A stretch of 64,000 nt of DNA from the NCBI GenBank assembly GCA_958009085.1, contig OY253680.1, positions 496,001 through 560,000 on the forward strand. The letters are read 5' to 3'. The notes beneath the pieces are model-generated. The model was given only the letters and a program-made list of their open reading frames with translations, had not been told where the DNA came from and searched no databases. Source of the stretch: Protoeuglena noctilucae. Lineage: Eukaryota. The translations under genes were made by a program, and so were the position numbers. The stretch's first letter is position 1, and every line of letters starts with the position of its first letter. Below are positions 1 to 12,043 of this stretch, one piece after another.

Positions 1-1167
1 ACCAGCTGCGGGAGGAGAGGCGCGGTGCGTGTGGGAGGAGCGGGGAGTGAGCCAGAGACACCCACGCTCGTCGGGGTGCCTTCACTCTGAAAGCACTGCC
101 GGGCTGTTGGCAGGCAGGTTGGGATGGCATCCCAGGTCACCTCGGGGGAGATGTCGTAGAGCTTGGCCACACACACCGCCGCCGTCTTGCGGACGTATGG
201 GTCCGTGTCGCGCAGCGCTTGCTGGAGGGGGTCGCAGATGTACTCGGTGATCTTGTCCACGCGGATGCAGCCCATGGTGCGGACGGCCTGCCGGGGGAGG
301 GGGCAGAGGGGTGAGCGGCGGCACACAGCTGTGGGGGTGGGGGCACGTTGCTGGGGCTGTCGTGCGCGACAGGCCGACAGGCGCCCTCACCAGCGCGCGG
401 ATGAGCGGGTTAGGGTCCTGCGTCAAGTCCTTCACGAACGTGTTGACCGCCTGCGGTCGCGGGAGGGCAGCACGCGTCGCCCTGACGCGTGCGTCGGTGC
501 TGTGAGCCCAATTGGGGCCCTGCGGCGACGCCCGGCCGCAGCAAAGATGCGAACACTGATTTGCTTGCGCAGCGCACCAGCAGCGTCAAATCGGGCTTGG
601 TCTTGGCGTAGTTGATGAGGTACAAGTACACGAGCTTCTTCAGCTCCAAGTCGTCGGTCTGTGGGCACGGAACCCGGCGCATCGTCCGGCTCGGACGAAT
701 GCTGCAGCTTCGTGCCATTCGGCGGCCACAGCGCCGGCCCCAGGAGCGGACTAACGGGCCAACTCTGGCGGCTCCCCCCAAGCCAGCCTGTAACGGCAGC
801 CTCCCGGGGCGACCGGGGCCACATAGCGGGCCCCGCGAGCGACCGAACCTCGTCGTTTGCAAAACAAAATCAGCTCCCCGCTTCGGGGCGAGCCGAAGTC
901 GCGGAGCGCGTGCCCCCGGCCCCGCCCTGCAGTTAAAACGCCGCGTCCCGCGCTCGCCTGCATGCATTTGACGACGTCGCCGAAGAGGCTGGACACGTCC
1001 TTCCCCACCGTCATAGCGGCGATGATGCGCTTGATGCCGTCCTTCTTGGCATTCTTGTCCGTACTGCGGATGGCCTCGCCCCACTCCACCACCTCCCCCT
1101 TCTTGGTCGTGCTGAAGAACCCCGCGTCCTTCTTCCCGCGGAACCTCGCAGCCAGGTTCTGAATCAT
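1..1167 (-). CDS. AP-1/AP-2 complex beta subunit (beta-adaptin), 5' part; continues beyond window start
   Basis: Spliced exons give [51 protein letters not shown]..|[53 protein letters not shown], the canonical beta-adaptin N-terminus. Intron 1 (659-957) is GC-AG. Confidence 0.95.
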
Positions 1168-1560
1168 CCTGGCTGCGCCGGCAGGGGCGGGGACGGGGTC
1201 CCAGGGAAGCGCACGCGCCGGGCAGGGACCTTCAGGGGCCACGCAGGCGGATCCACCCCGTCTTCGCTGAGGCTGCGGGCGCCGATGTGCAGCGATCCCC
1301 TCTAGAATGCGGTTGGCGTGGAGGGGACCGCGCGGGGGCGGTTGAAGAGGCTGTCCGACTGGCAGGGCCGGTCAGAAACGCGCCAACTGGCCCATCCGCG
1401 CTCTGCCGGACTCCCAGGAGCGAGTCAAAGAACATTTTAGCTCTGTACGAACCTCTCCGCTCGCTCCATCGAGTCGCGGAGGGCCAGGGCCGCCCTTCTC
1501 GAGTCTCCCCTCAGGCGCCTGGAGTTGCGGTCTTGACAGCGGTCGGGAGGAAGAAGGCAC

Positions 1561-3321
1561 ATGTCGGCTCTCAGCGCCTGCGGGCGGGGGGCTCGGCTGT
1601 CCGGCTGCCAGCGACCCCCCATGATTTCTTCCCAGATCATGGCGCCATCTCGGACCGCCCCGCCCCGGCGGCCGATCGCTGCCGCGGGTGAGATTCGATG
1701 CCTCGATACGAATGAGCGTCGCGGTCACGGCCATCGCGACCCCTGCGGCCCCGCACATCTCCCCGCGCGCGCAGCCCACACCCCGCGGACTGTACCCGAC
1801 GCAGCAACCCCCCAGAAGCCCGAGACGGCGAAGGAGGCGCTGCAGCGACGCAAGCGCGAGTCGGAGGAGGTCATGACACGCATTGAGAACGTCTACAGCG
1901 TGGAGGACTTGAATTCCCAGCTCGAGAGGGCCGGCGGCAAGGTGGGCCAGGCAGCCCCGCTCCCCGCGTCTTCTGAAGCGCCCTTGCCCCCCATCACCCG
2001 CGCCATCGCCGTCTCCTGCAGCTTGTGGTTCTGGAGGTGGTGAGCGACTCGGTCTGCGAGACGGGCCTGGAGGAGGAGGCGGAGGTGCAGTGGCGGCGGA
2101 GCCAGGAGGAGGTGATGCGGCCCTGCAACAACGTGAAGCACGTGTTCCAGCGTACTGCCAGAAACTGCAAGGACGTGATATTCCTGGAGCACATCGCCGT
2201 CCCGGACGACAAGCAGTCGGGTGAGGCGCGGTCCATAGGTGCGCAAGCGAGGTGACGGACGTCAGCCAGACGTGCTGCGGTGTGTTACAAAGCTCTCACT
2301 GCGCGCTTCGGGCACCCACAGCAGCTGCCCCTCATTCTCATCTACGATACCTCCCATGTGCAGAGTTCCTGTGCAAGCAGCTCGGCACCACGTCCATCCC
2401 CGCCCTCTACTTCTTCAAGGAGGACCAGCTGGTCTGGAGGCAGGAGGGGTACTTGGGCCTGGAACAGGCGAGGCTGCCGCGCCTGTGCCGCCCGGGTCAG
2501 GCCCGGCGCGGATGCTTGGCTGCCTTGCACCGGCAGGAGACTTGCACCCTTTCAAGAGAGTGGCTCCACCCCGTGAGGCGCGCAGAACCTCGGCGAGGGC
2601 GTGCTTTACTACGGCGACGCGCTCGCGGACGGCCGCGCGTCCGACCACGTGGCGGACTTGCACTCTGTGGAGGAGGTCCGGGCCTGGGTCGCGTCGCAGC
2701 CCGCCGACACGCTCGCCTGCGGTAAGCCTCAGCCGCCGCGTGCCGGTCTTGCGGGAGAGGCCTTCTCGCCGCGCCTGCTGGATGCGAGGGACTGTGCCAA
2801 TAGTCGCGAGCCTGCCTGCCCTGCCTGCCGCAGTGAACGTGGCGATGACGTCCGAGACGTGCTGCGTCCGCGTTTACCCGGCCATGCTGGCCCTGGCCAA
2901 GAACTTCAAGGGCTACTGCCACTTCGCGCGCATCATCGCGGACGAGAACGAGCAGACGCGGCCCATCCTGAGGTGAGACAGGGTTTGGGACGCAGCTCAG
3001 AGTGCAGGCATGCGTGGGGCCTCTTGTTTAGACCCGGCACCCCTGCGCCGCAGGGACCTCAACGTGATTGACATCCCGTCGTTCATCTTCTTCCGGGGCG
3101 GCAGGGAGGTCCATCGCTACGCGGGGTCGTCCCGAGGTGAGTTCAGCACTGGCGGAGTGGAACGGAGGGTGTTGCTTACACTAGCCAGCTTGCATATAGT
3201 CACCATCCTTCTCTCTCTCCCCTCAGGAGATCTCCTAGGCCAGGTCCTGTCCCTGAGCCCCGTGGTCCCCCCACCGCCGCCCGGGCAGGTGGGCCGCGGG
3301 CGTGCGAAGCGCCAGAGCTGA
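1561..3321 (+). CDS. CDSP32: CDSP32-like two-domain plastid thioredoxin with atypical active site
   Basis: Transit-peptide-like N-terminus; exons give IPALYFFK, NLGEGVLYYGD, CVRVYPAMLALAKNFKGYCHFARI, IDIPSFIFFRGGREVHRYAGSSRGDLLGQVL, matching CDSP32 architecture. About 7 introns; start codon uncertain. Confidence 0.8.
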
Positions 3322-3606
3322 GCTTTTGCTGGCGCCCAGGTCCGTGGATCAGCCCCGCTCAGTCAGCCCCGCCCATGAAGCTTGCATCCGCGGACAGCCG
3401 CCCCCAATGCGACCCCCCATGGGGTGACGCGTGGTGCTTTGCTGATACCCTAGCGGGCTGCGGTTTGCTTCAAGTCGTCTGTCAAGTTTTCCGGGTGCTC
3501 GCCCCTCCCCATCTAAGAGTTGCTGTCCAGCAGAGTGCTCTGCCGCCCCGCTTTGACCATCCATGAACCGAGACAAGCTCTCCCTGTGACAGCACAGCTC
3601 AAGCAG

Positions 3607-5160
3607 CTATGCTCGCGCCCCCCTTGGCCCCTGCGCTGTGTCAGCTGGTCGTCCGGGAGCGCCCAGCTGCGCTTGATGGCCGTTGGCGCAGTGCCGCTTC
3701 TCCATTCTGGGGCCTCCTCCACCGTTCTCCCTCGTTGCTGCGAAATGCTTCCCACCGTCCTCCCGCACGTCCTCGACCCCGACCCCACTCCTTCCCAGCG
3801 CACGGATGGCGGTGCAGGCGATGAGGTACGTCCAGTACACGTGCATAACCAGCAGCGCGCAGAGCTGCGAGGGGCGAAGCGGCGTCACCGGTCAGCTGAT
3901 TTCCAGACAGGCCTGGCTCGCGACCCTCCAACTGGTGGGGGTCTCTGATGATGGTCACCCATCAATGTGCTCGCATCGCGTCAGATGCACGGCACCCACC
4001 AGCGCTCCGAAGAAATAGTAGTGCGTCATGCCCTCCCGGTACTGCTCAGCAGTGAAGTTCGGCGACGTCTTCGGCACCCACTCCCGGGTCTGTGGCACAG
4101 AGTGGGGGACGCGCGCGGCTGGGTCGCCGCGCTGCAGGGTGCAGCTGCGCACGACGCTGGGTGTCGAGCCGGGGCGGCCTCGCCTCGAAAAGCACGGAGC
4201 GGACGACCACCGCAGGGAAGAGGTACAGACGCGTTGCCACCCAGACCCCTATGAACAGGACGAAAAACGGCTCCACCGGCAGCCCCAAGGCATTTGCGAG
4301 TTTGCCGCCGTCCAGGAACACGTCGCAGATGTCGTGGAGGAACATGGTGAGCACTCCGACCTGCGTGCATTGCCAAAAGACAAGATTCGAAGGGTCTTCG
4401 CTGCCTGCATGCCTGTGCAGGTGTGCTTGGCAAAGGCGGGCGCCGTGCCTTGAGGTAGTTCAGGACCATCGACGATACCAGGAGCCCGAGGGTGACGAAG
4501 TGGTGAGTGGCGAGGACGGGGAAGTCCCTGCGTGGGCGTGGAAACATGCCTGGCTAGGCAGCGCACTAGAGAGCGTGGAAGGCGCAACGCTCTGCCTCCC
4601 TCTGCACCTCTGCCTGGCGTCCTTGAAGAAGAGGGCGGGCAACGCGTAGAGGTACCAGCCGATCTCAGCCGCATAGGCCAGCCGCAGGTGCAAGGCCCTC
4701 GGGGCCTGGCAAGGCACGCCTGCACACTGGACCCAAAGCTGCGGGTGGGGGCGGGGGACGCGCTAGCTCGCCCTGGATGATGATGATGCTGCAGCTGCAA
4801 GCTGCTATGCCTCGCCATGTGGCTCCGCTTGATGAAGTTGGGCTCCCTCCGCAGCGCCGCGAGCGCGGCGATGCTCAGGATGCCATACGCGATGGCATTC
4901 CAGGCGGACTTGACGGCGCTCTCGACTTTGCTCTTCGACAGCGGCTTCTTCCGTCGCTCCCTGCGACGGTGGGTGCTGAGGCCATCTCCCGTTGCTCGCA
5001 GATGCCGTTCCTCTGCTGCCCACCGGGGCACTCACCCCACCGCTAGAGAGCGCCGGACGATTGCGGGGAAGAGGGTGTTGTCGAGGATCAGGCGGACAGT
5101 TGAGAAGACGCCAGCGGCCACGAGCGAGGCCGCCAAGTCTGGGTGCAGGGGCGCTCGCAT
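3607..5160 (-). CDS. LAG1: LAG1/ceramide synthase (TLC domain)
   Basis: Lag1 motif RDFPVLATHHFVTLGLLVSS..|VGVLTMFLHDICDVFL; W..TRLYLFP; LLVMHVYWTYLI..EDVRED. Two GC-AG introns (4361-4448, 4090-4183). Confidence 0.88.
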
Positions 5161-5511
5161 GGTAGGTCACCGAGCGCATGGCAAGCCCCGAGACTTTTGT
5201 GCGACGCATTCACGTCCTCAAACTAGCTACCGGCACCGCGATTGAATCGACGCGTCCTCGCAAGCGCGCCGGACGAGCGATCCCGACCTGTCGCGAGGCC
5301 CCCGCGGCCCCCTGAGAGCGCGGGGACATGGCTGAACCAGCTGTCGATGAATGCGATCACTTCCTCCATCAAGCCATCAAAGCAATTGAAGGAGCGGCAG
5401 CACCGGCATCAAGAACGGAAAATCCCTCGTCGGCAATCCAGGATTTCAACGCTGGAGAACAGCTAATGGACGCAATCTCAGAAGCAGCGATGGACAGCGA
5501 CGGCCAGCCCG

Positions 5512-8208
5512 TCACAGGGGTCGCACCGGCGAGTCAGGCGCGGGCTCGAGGGCCCACGAAGGCAGCGGCTTCGGCTTCGCGAGCTCCTCGTCCCCCTCCG
5601 ACGCCCGTTTCCCGTCCCCGTTCGGCGCACTCCGCGAGCCGAGCGACTCCAGGGCTTTCCGCTTCAGCGTCTCCAGGGATGGCATACCTCCCTCCGCCCC
5701 GCCCTCGGCCTCTGCACAGTCCCCCTCTGCGCCCCGCGCCTCCGCGCGCGAGGCGTCGGGCGGCCCGGGCAAGTCGCCAGAGCCAGCCGGAGGACCCGGG
5801 AGCGCCGGGCCCCGCTCCTCGCTCCCCGGCCCATCCGGGGACGGCTTGCCACCACTCTGGGGGCTCGGGCGCCCCTCCCGAGAGGCCGAGCGGCCGTCGC
5901 CGTGCGCGCGGTCCCCGTTGCGATCCGACGAGCGCCTACGGTCGTCTCGGCCCCCGCTTCGGCCCCGCTCCTCGCCCTGGTCATGCTCCCGCTCCCGACT
6001 CCGCTCCGTGCCCCGGCCCCGCTCCCTCTCCTTGCTATCCCCCCGCTCCCTGTCCCGACCCCGCTTCCGGTCCCTGCTCCCGCCCCGCTCCCTCTCCCTG
6101 CCACGGTCCCTGTTCCGACCCCACTCCCGCTCCCTCTCTATGCTCCACTCCCGAACCCGGCCAGCCCCATCCCTCTCTCGCCCCCTCTCCCGCTCACGAT
6201 ACCTCTCCCGCCCCCCGTCGCGGTCCCGGTACCAGCGCCGATCATCGCGCCGGTAGTAGTCCCGGCGATCGCGGGAGCGCGACCGCCCGCCGTCCCTCGA
6301 CCGCGACCTCCGCGGCGAGCGATCGTGGCCACGCTCCCGCTCCCTGTCCCGCTCCCTCGCACGCTCGCGTTCCCGCTCCCGCTGCTCGTCCCTCTCTTTC
6401 CGCCTCCGCTGCGCGCAAAGACGGAGCGGCGGGTCCTTCCCCGCGACAACTGGCCCCCGTCCGAGCGGCAGCAGCAGCCAGCCTCAATCGCCGCATGCCT
6501 GACGGGGGGCAACCAACACCTCCCTCACCTCCCACTCCTCCTCGCGGCGCCTCCGGTCCTCCTCCCGCTGTTTCCGAGCCTGCTCCCGCCGCTCGCGCTC
6601 CTCGGGCGGCGTCGGCGCCCGCGGGGGCGATCGCATGGCCAGCCTCTGTGCCGCACGGATGGCGGCGGCCTGCTGGATGAGCTGCTGCATCGCCGATAGC
6701 TTGGACTCGACCTTCCTCTTCTCCATCTCCTGAAGCAGAGGGTTCAGCTTGTTGGGCTGATACTCGGACAGCGCGTGCGTGGTGGTCGCCGCCAGGGGCG
6801 CCGGCGTCACGCGCAGCGCCCTCTCTCCCAGGTCCTTGCCGTTCATCGCGAGCGCCGCCTTGGCGGCCTCCCTGCGGGCGACACACACGTGGGCCGTCAG
6901 GGGCCCTGGGTGTGGTGGGTTGCGCGCGTGGGGCACCTGCACTAACGGTCCACCTGGGTCACCTGGTCTCGTATACCAGCGCGAGCCCCTCCGTGATGGC
7001 CTGGCCCTGCAGATATCGCCATGAAACAATCTCCCCGGCGAAGGAGAAGACCTGCTTGACCTGCGGGCATGAGGAGACCCGGATCGCAGTCAAGTTGGGG
7101 GCGGCCTGCAAGCATCGCTCGGTCTCGTGACGCACTGCCGGGCCCCGAGCATCGTCAGGGAGCGGCGCAGCAGCCGTCGCGTCGGACACGCCATCTGAGC
7201 GAGGGCCCGCCAGCATCGGTCGCCTCACAGCCTGCATCCGAACGAAGTCGATTCAGCGGGAGAGAGAGGGCGGGGCAGGGAAGCGGCCCATTGGCGTGCG
7301 CGGCAAGGGCACGGTCGCGGTTACCTTGGGCCGCGCGAAGCCTCGGGGCGCCACTGCCGGGCAGGAGAGCGATGCATCTGCAGGGAGAGGCCCGGTGGGC
7401 CCGCATCCCGGGGCCGCGCAGCAGGGGCGGGGCGGGACCCGGCCTAGAATCCACCAGTTCTCTCACCTCCTCAGGCGTCAGGGAAGGGTGGATGCCCGCG
7501 ACGTGGACGGTGCGGGAGTTGGGGTCCTTGGCAATGAGCTCGCGCTGGCGGACCTCCTCCTCATACGTGCGGCGCCGGAGCTCCTCATACTCGGCGGTGC
7601 CGGGCGCCGGGGCCTGGGAGCGAGCGCAGAGGACGTCGGCGGGGCTGCGGCGCGGGCGAGGCGCCCCAGGCGGGCCAGCCGGCAACAGGCACAGGCACGC
7701 TGCGCCCACCTTGGGTGCCGCCCCGGCCGCCGCCTTGGCCGCGTTCTTCTTCGCAACGTTGTGGTCGCGGAAGCCTGCATCGGGAGACCCAACAAAGAGG
7801 GGAATCGGCGCTCCCGCCGCGGGAACGCCGTCAATCTCGACGTGCAGCAAGTAGCTCCCTTTCGTGGGGCCCTGGTAAACACACGTGTATGTCCCGTCGT
7901 TGTTGTCGGTGACCTCCGCGGCGACCACGCGGTCCGTCTTGCGCGGCTCGGTGAGGAAACACTCCACAGCGTGGCCCCCATGCTTGAGGTGCTTGCCGTC
8001 CGCGTTGTAGCAGTGCAGGATGACCGCCACCTCCGATCCCTGCGGCCCACCCGTCACACCATGGCCTGGGGGACAGGAAGAGCGCGGGGAGGGTCCGAAA
8101 CGCGAGAGGGAGCGACGCAGAAGCCTCTCGAGGCTCCGCCAGGTCACGCCAGCGACCACGGCACCCACCTGACGCCTTGCACTTGGCGTAATCGATTTCC
8201 GCTGCCAT
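5512..8208 (-). CDS. Filamin-repeat + RRM + RE/RS-rich RNA-binding protein (putative splicing factor)
   Basis: MAAEIDYAKCKASG|HGVTGG..VTDNNDGTYTCVYQGPTKGSYLLHVEIDG (filamin/Ig fold); RTVHVAGIHPSLTPEE|VKQVFSFAGEI..AAKAALAMNGKDLGERALRV (RRM). A long RE/RD/RS exon from 6408 is in frame to the stop at 5512. Confidence 0.82.
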
Positions 8209-8467
8209 CGCGGGGCCCGGGGGGGGGTTCCCTGGCCTGGCTGGCCCCCCAGACGGTAAATATGGTCGCGAGGGTCTCTCTCAGGCCGGTTTGGATCTCA
8301 CTCGCGCTTCAGAATGCTAGGCTAGGGCCGCGAATCGCGGACAAGAAAGGCGCTGGTCAGGAAACTGTTTCACGGGAACTTAGCTCGGTCCGCCAAGTTT
8401 TACAGCGCAACACCACGGGGTTACTGTAAAGATCGCCAGGGAAACACGCTGAGATCGCCAGAGGTCG

Positions 8468-9143
8468 TCAGTCGCTCGCTTTAGCCAGCGCAAGGCCCAT
8501 CGCGCGGAGTTCCAGGTCCAGCTGCGCCTGCTCCTCCATCAAGAGCTCCCTGCGAGAAGATACGGCCCTGAAACGTCGGCACATGGATGGAGAGCATGGC
8601 ATGGGCATCCCAATTTGATGCACAGGCTTCATGGGGATGGCCATGCGCGTGCCATAGGGCGAGGAACAGCCGAAAACCCCACCTCAAGCGGCTCTTCTTC
8701 TCCTCCAGCTTCGTCAGCATGTACTCCTGCTTCGCTGCGATCTTTCCGTCGTTCTGTGACCCAGGACACGGCGCGGCATTCCACTGCGACATGTCTGGCC
8801 GTTCCCAGCGTGCGCGGCGTCCTTCACAGCGACAGGCGCCGCGAATGATGGCTCGGGTACGAACCCTCTGGGCCTATCCTCACCGTCTCCGCTAGACAAT
8901 TCCGTTGGCTTGGCCCCGCCTCGTCCCGCTGAGCCGTGCGCTCGTGCCGCGCCGCCACCTTGTTGGCTCGCTGGAGGTCATTCACATGGCCCACTGCGGA
9001 GTCGCGGCAGGTCACAGGGTCTTATTCTGACCGCGAAGAGGGGCACAACTGCCACTGTCACTCGCAAATGTGTGCCCACCTGCGCCAGCGTGCACTTCGT
9101 TGGCCTGTACCAGGCGCCGAATGTTCAAGGGAACCTTCGTCAT
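8468..9143 (-). CDS. CFAP141: Small coiled-coil axonemal protein, CFAP141/C1orf189-like
   Basis: Four short exons joined at GT-AG sites: MTKVPLNIRRLVQANEVHAGA|VGHVNDLQRANKVAARHE..|..MLTKLEEKKSRL|RELLMEEQAQLDLELRAMGLALAKASD*. The C-terminal RLRELL..ELRAMGLA pattern resembles CFAP141. TGTAA lies downstream at 8400-8404. Confidence 0.6.
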
Positions 9144-9463
9144 CCTGCCCTTCCCGCCCTCGGCCCGGAAAACGTGCAGAAAGCCGGCGCAATGCGAGCG
9201 AGCAACACTAACGCTGTCCAGCACTGTGTAGCGCATGCGGGTCGTGCACGTTGTCTCTCCTGCCTTAGTTCAACCGAAGAGTAACACAGGAAGCCGGGGT
9301 GGAGCGGCCTGAGAGCCCGGCGGCAGGCTCCAGCAGGGCAACTTGCCAGATCTTGCCAAGTGTTGAGCGGCACGAGTGAGAGGCGACGTTCAGCAGCAAC
9401 GCAACGAGGACCAAACGCACTCCTGTTGTCGCTCGAGACTGACCTGACGACGCATGAATGCCC

Positions 9464-11613
9464 ATGAAGCTCGTCACGTGGAACATCAACGGGCTCAAGT
9501 CAATCGTCAAGCAGCACGGGTCGCTGCGTCGCTTCCTCGACAGCCTAGACGCTAATATCGTCTGCCTGCAAGGTGCTTCGCCTAGCAAGCATCGCTTGGT
9601 CGGCCTGTGCCACAGGCCGCTCTCCCGTGCCCTGGCCAGCTCGAATTCCCACTCGTCCGCCGCTGCAGAGACCACGATCTCGAAATCCGACCTCGACTCG
9701 TCGATGGCTGTCACGGACGGCTGGGACTCGTTCTTCTCCTTTAGCCGCACGCGAGTGAGCGGCCGTGGCCCTAGGCGCACCGGGCGAGCCTGCACACGTC
9801 CTGCCCAAACCCCTGCAGCGTGCCCGCTTGCCCTCAGGACGGCTACAGTGGCGTGGCCACCTTCTGCCGAGAAGACACGGCGCGGTGCCTGCATGCGGAG
9901 GAGGGTGTGGCCGGCATCGACCCCCACTGCGGCGGCGCCCCGCGGCCCATCGGCTGCGTGGACGCCCGCACGTGCGCGCTGCAGGGCGTGGCAGGCATGG
10001 GAGAGCAGGCGGAGTCGCTCTTGCATTGGGTGGACTCTGAGGGCCGCTGCGTCATCACGGAGCACGAGTCTCTCGTCGTCATCAACATCTACGCCCCGGC
10101 CATCACGGGCGAAAGCACGGAGAGAGCCAAGGACCGGATGGACGTCAAGGCGAGTGGCACTAAATTGCTTGGATGTGAAGCATGTGGCTGACTTTACAGA
10201 CACAGTGTGATCAATCGCACCCCCGTGTATGGCTGGAACGCAGCTGGCAATGTACCAAGGCCTGCTGTCCCGCATCCGGGCCATATCGGAGGCCCTGCCC
10301 GCAAAGGCGATCGTACTCGCTGGCGACTTCAACATCAGCCCATGGTGAGCTCAGCTGCGAGCACCGCATCGGCCCAGGCACTGCAGCGCTCTGTGCAGAT
10401 GGCAACACGTTGCCACCCTCAACTCGCCCGCAGTCCCATCGACTCGTGCGACCCCGGCCCTCTCGCGGACTTCGATCTCCGCCCCGACCGCGCCCTGCTC
10501 CTCTCCTCCTTCCTGTCACCAAGAGGCCCATTCGTTGATGCCTTCCGCCTCGTCCACCCGCATGCCACTGAGCAGTTCTCGTGCTGGAACACGGCCACGG
10601 GGGCACGCAGCAACAACTACGGCACCCGGATCGACCTCGTCCTTTTGGGGGCCCCGAGAGCCGTCGCGGAGGCCGAGGGCGGCGGTGAGGCGTGGGCGGC
10701 GCGGGCTGTCACCTCTTGTGACATCCACGCGGATGTCCAGGGCTCGGACCACGCGCCGGTGTCGCTGGTGCTGGCTCTCGGGGACACGGGGGTGGCGGCG
10801 TGTGTGTCTGACAGCCGCCCCTCAGAGCAGGCTGAGGCGATGCGGGCGGGGGACATCGCTGGGCCCCGACGGCCGTGCCCGCCTCTGAGCAGCCGGGCGA
10901 TGTTTCGAGCGCGGCAGATCGGGCTGCGGGAGGTGTTCCGGGTGGCAGAGCCCAGGGCAGAGCCTGGGGCAGGGGAGCAGGCTGGTTTCGGGGGGGATGG
11001 CGTGGCACTGGGAGAGGGGAGGGGCGGTGGCAGGGGTGGCGAGGCTGCAGGGAGGACCGGGCAAGCGGGGGGGGTGGCGCGAAGTAGTGGGGTGAGGGGC
11101 AGGGCAGACCCGCGGGCCAAGGCGACGGCGCGGGGGCTGTCAACAGGTCAGACGACGCTGTGTGGCTTCGTGGGGCGGCGGTCGGATGCACAGCAGGCAT
11201 CGCGGGAGGTGGGGGGCGTGGGAGTGCAGACATCGGGTGCACAGTCCGACGCCGGAGACGGGGACCGGGTTGGTGTACCAGCAGAGCCCCCAGACTCGAG
11301 GGAGGCAGCACCTGGCGCGATGGAGGCTGCCAGTGTGCGGTTAGAGGGTGCAGAGATGGAGAGTGGCGCTCCAGGGCCCCATTCACCAGAGCCCCGGGCG
11401 GCGTGGGAGGCCTTGCGAAAGCGCATGGCTGTCCCACGATGCCGGGGCCACGGGGAGGCGTGCGTGGGCCGCGTGGTCAAGAAAGCTGGGCCAAATCAAG
11501 GTCGGTTGTTCTACGTGTGCGCGCGCGCTGATGGGCCCCCACCCAACGGCAGGTGCGAGCACTTCGAATGGGCTTATGAGCGGACGGTGCGAGCCAAAAA
11601 AGGCGCGAGTTGA
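9464..11613 (+). CDS. APE2: AP endonuclease 2 (ExoIII family) with C-terminal GRF zinc finger
   Basis: MKLVTWNINGL, IVCLQE, GYSGVATF, DSEGRC, AGDFNI, FSCWNTATGARSNNYGTRID, GSDHAPV, CRGHGEAC..GPNQGRLFYVC..CEHFEW. GC-AG intron 10150-10243. Confidence 0.95.
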
Positions 11614-12043
11614 CAGCTGTCGACGTGCCGATGTTGCTTCAACGCCAAGTGCTGTAGGCGCTATCCGGCAGCGGTGAAAGGGTGCGTGCAATGCTGCAAC
11701 GGGCAAACGATGCTTGAAGACGTGGAACGTGCCATGATGCGGCATGGAAAGGACAACACAAGAACAGGGCTACGTGCTCCGCACAGCCGCACGGCTGGCA
11801 GCACCCTGCGTGGTGGCCCTGCGAGGGTACGCGCTGCACGCCCGGGCAAGCAGAGGCGCGAGCCCATGCAGACCCTGGAAGGCGGCCGACCGCTGCATGG
11901 CGCGACCCGGGCCTGGGAACTGCAGAGGAGAGATAGGAACGCTAGCTCGACCCGGAGAGACGTTGATCACCGCGAAGGCGCTGATGGGACACCCGCAGCC
12001 CTTGCCCAACCTCACCGATACGAGCGCTGGGTCTCTCCGCCCC

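Noticed and set aside
410..415. TTAGGG telomere motif
   Set aside because: Single copy inside a beta-adaptin exon (DPNP codons).
5846..6699. Plus-strand Pro/Leu/Ser-rich extensin-like ORFs
   Set aside because: Antisense reading of the RE/RD/RS repeat exon of the minus-strand RRM gene.
9464..11613. LINE retrotransposon endonuclease
   Set aside because: No reverse transcriptase follows; introns and the GRF zinc finger identify cellular APE2.
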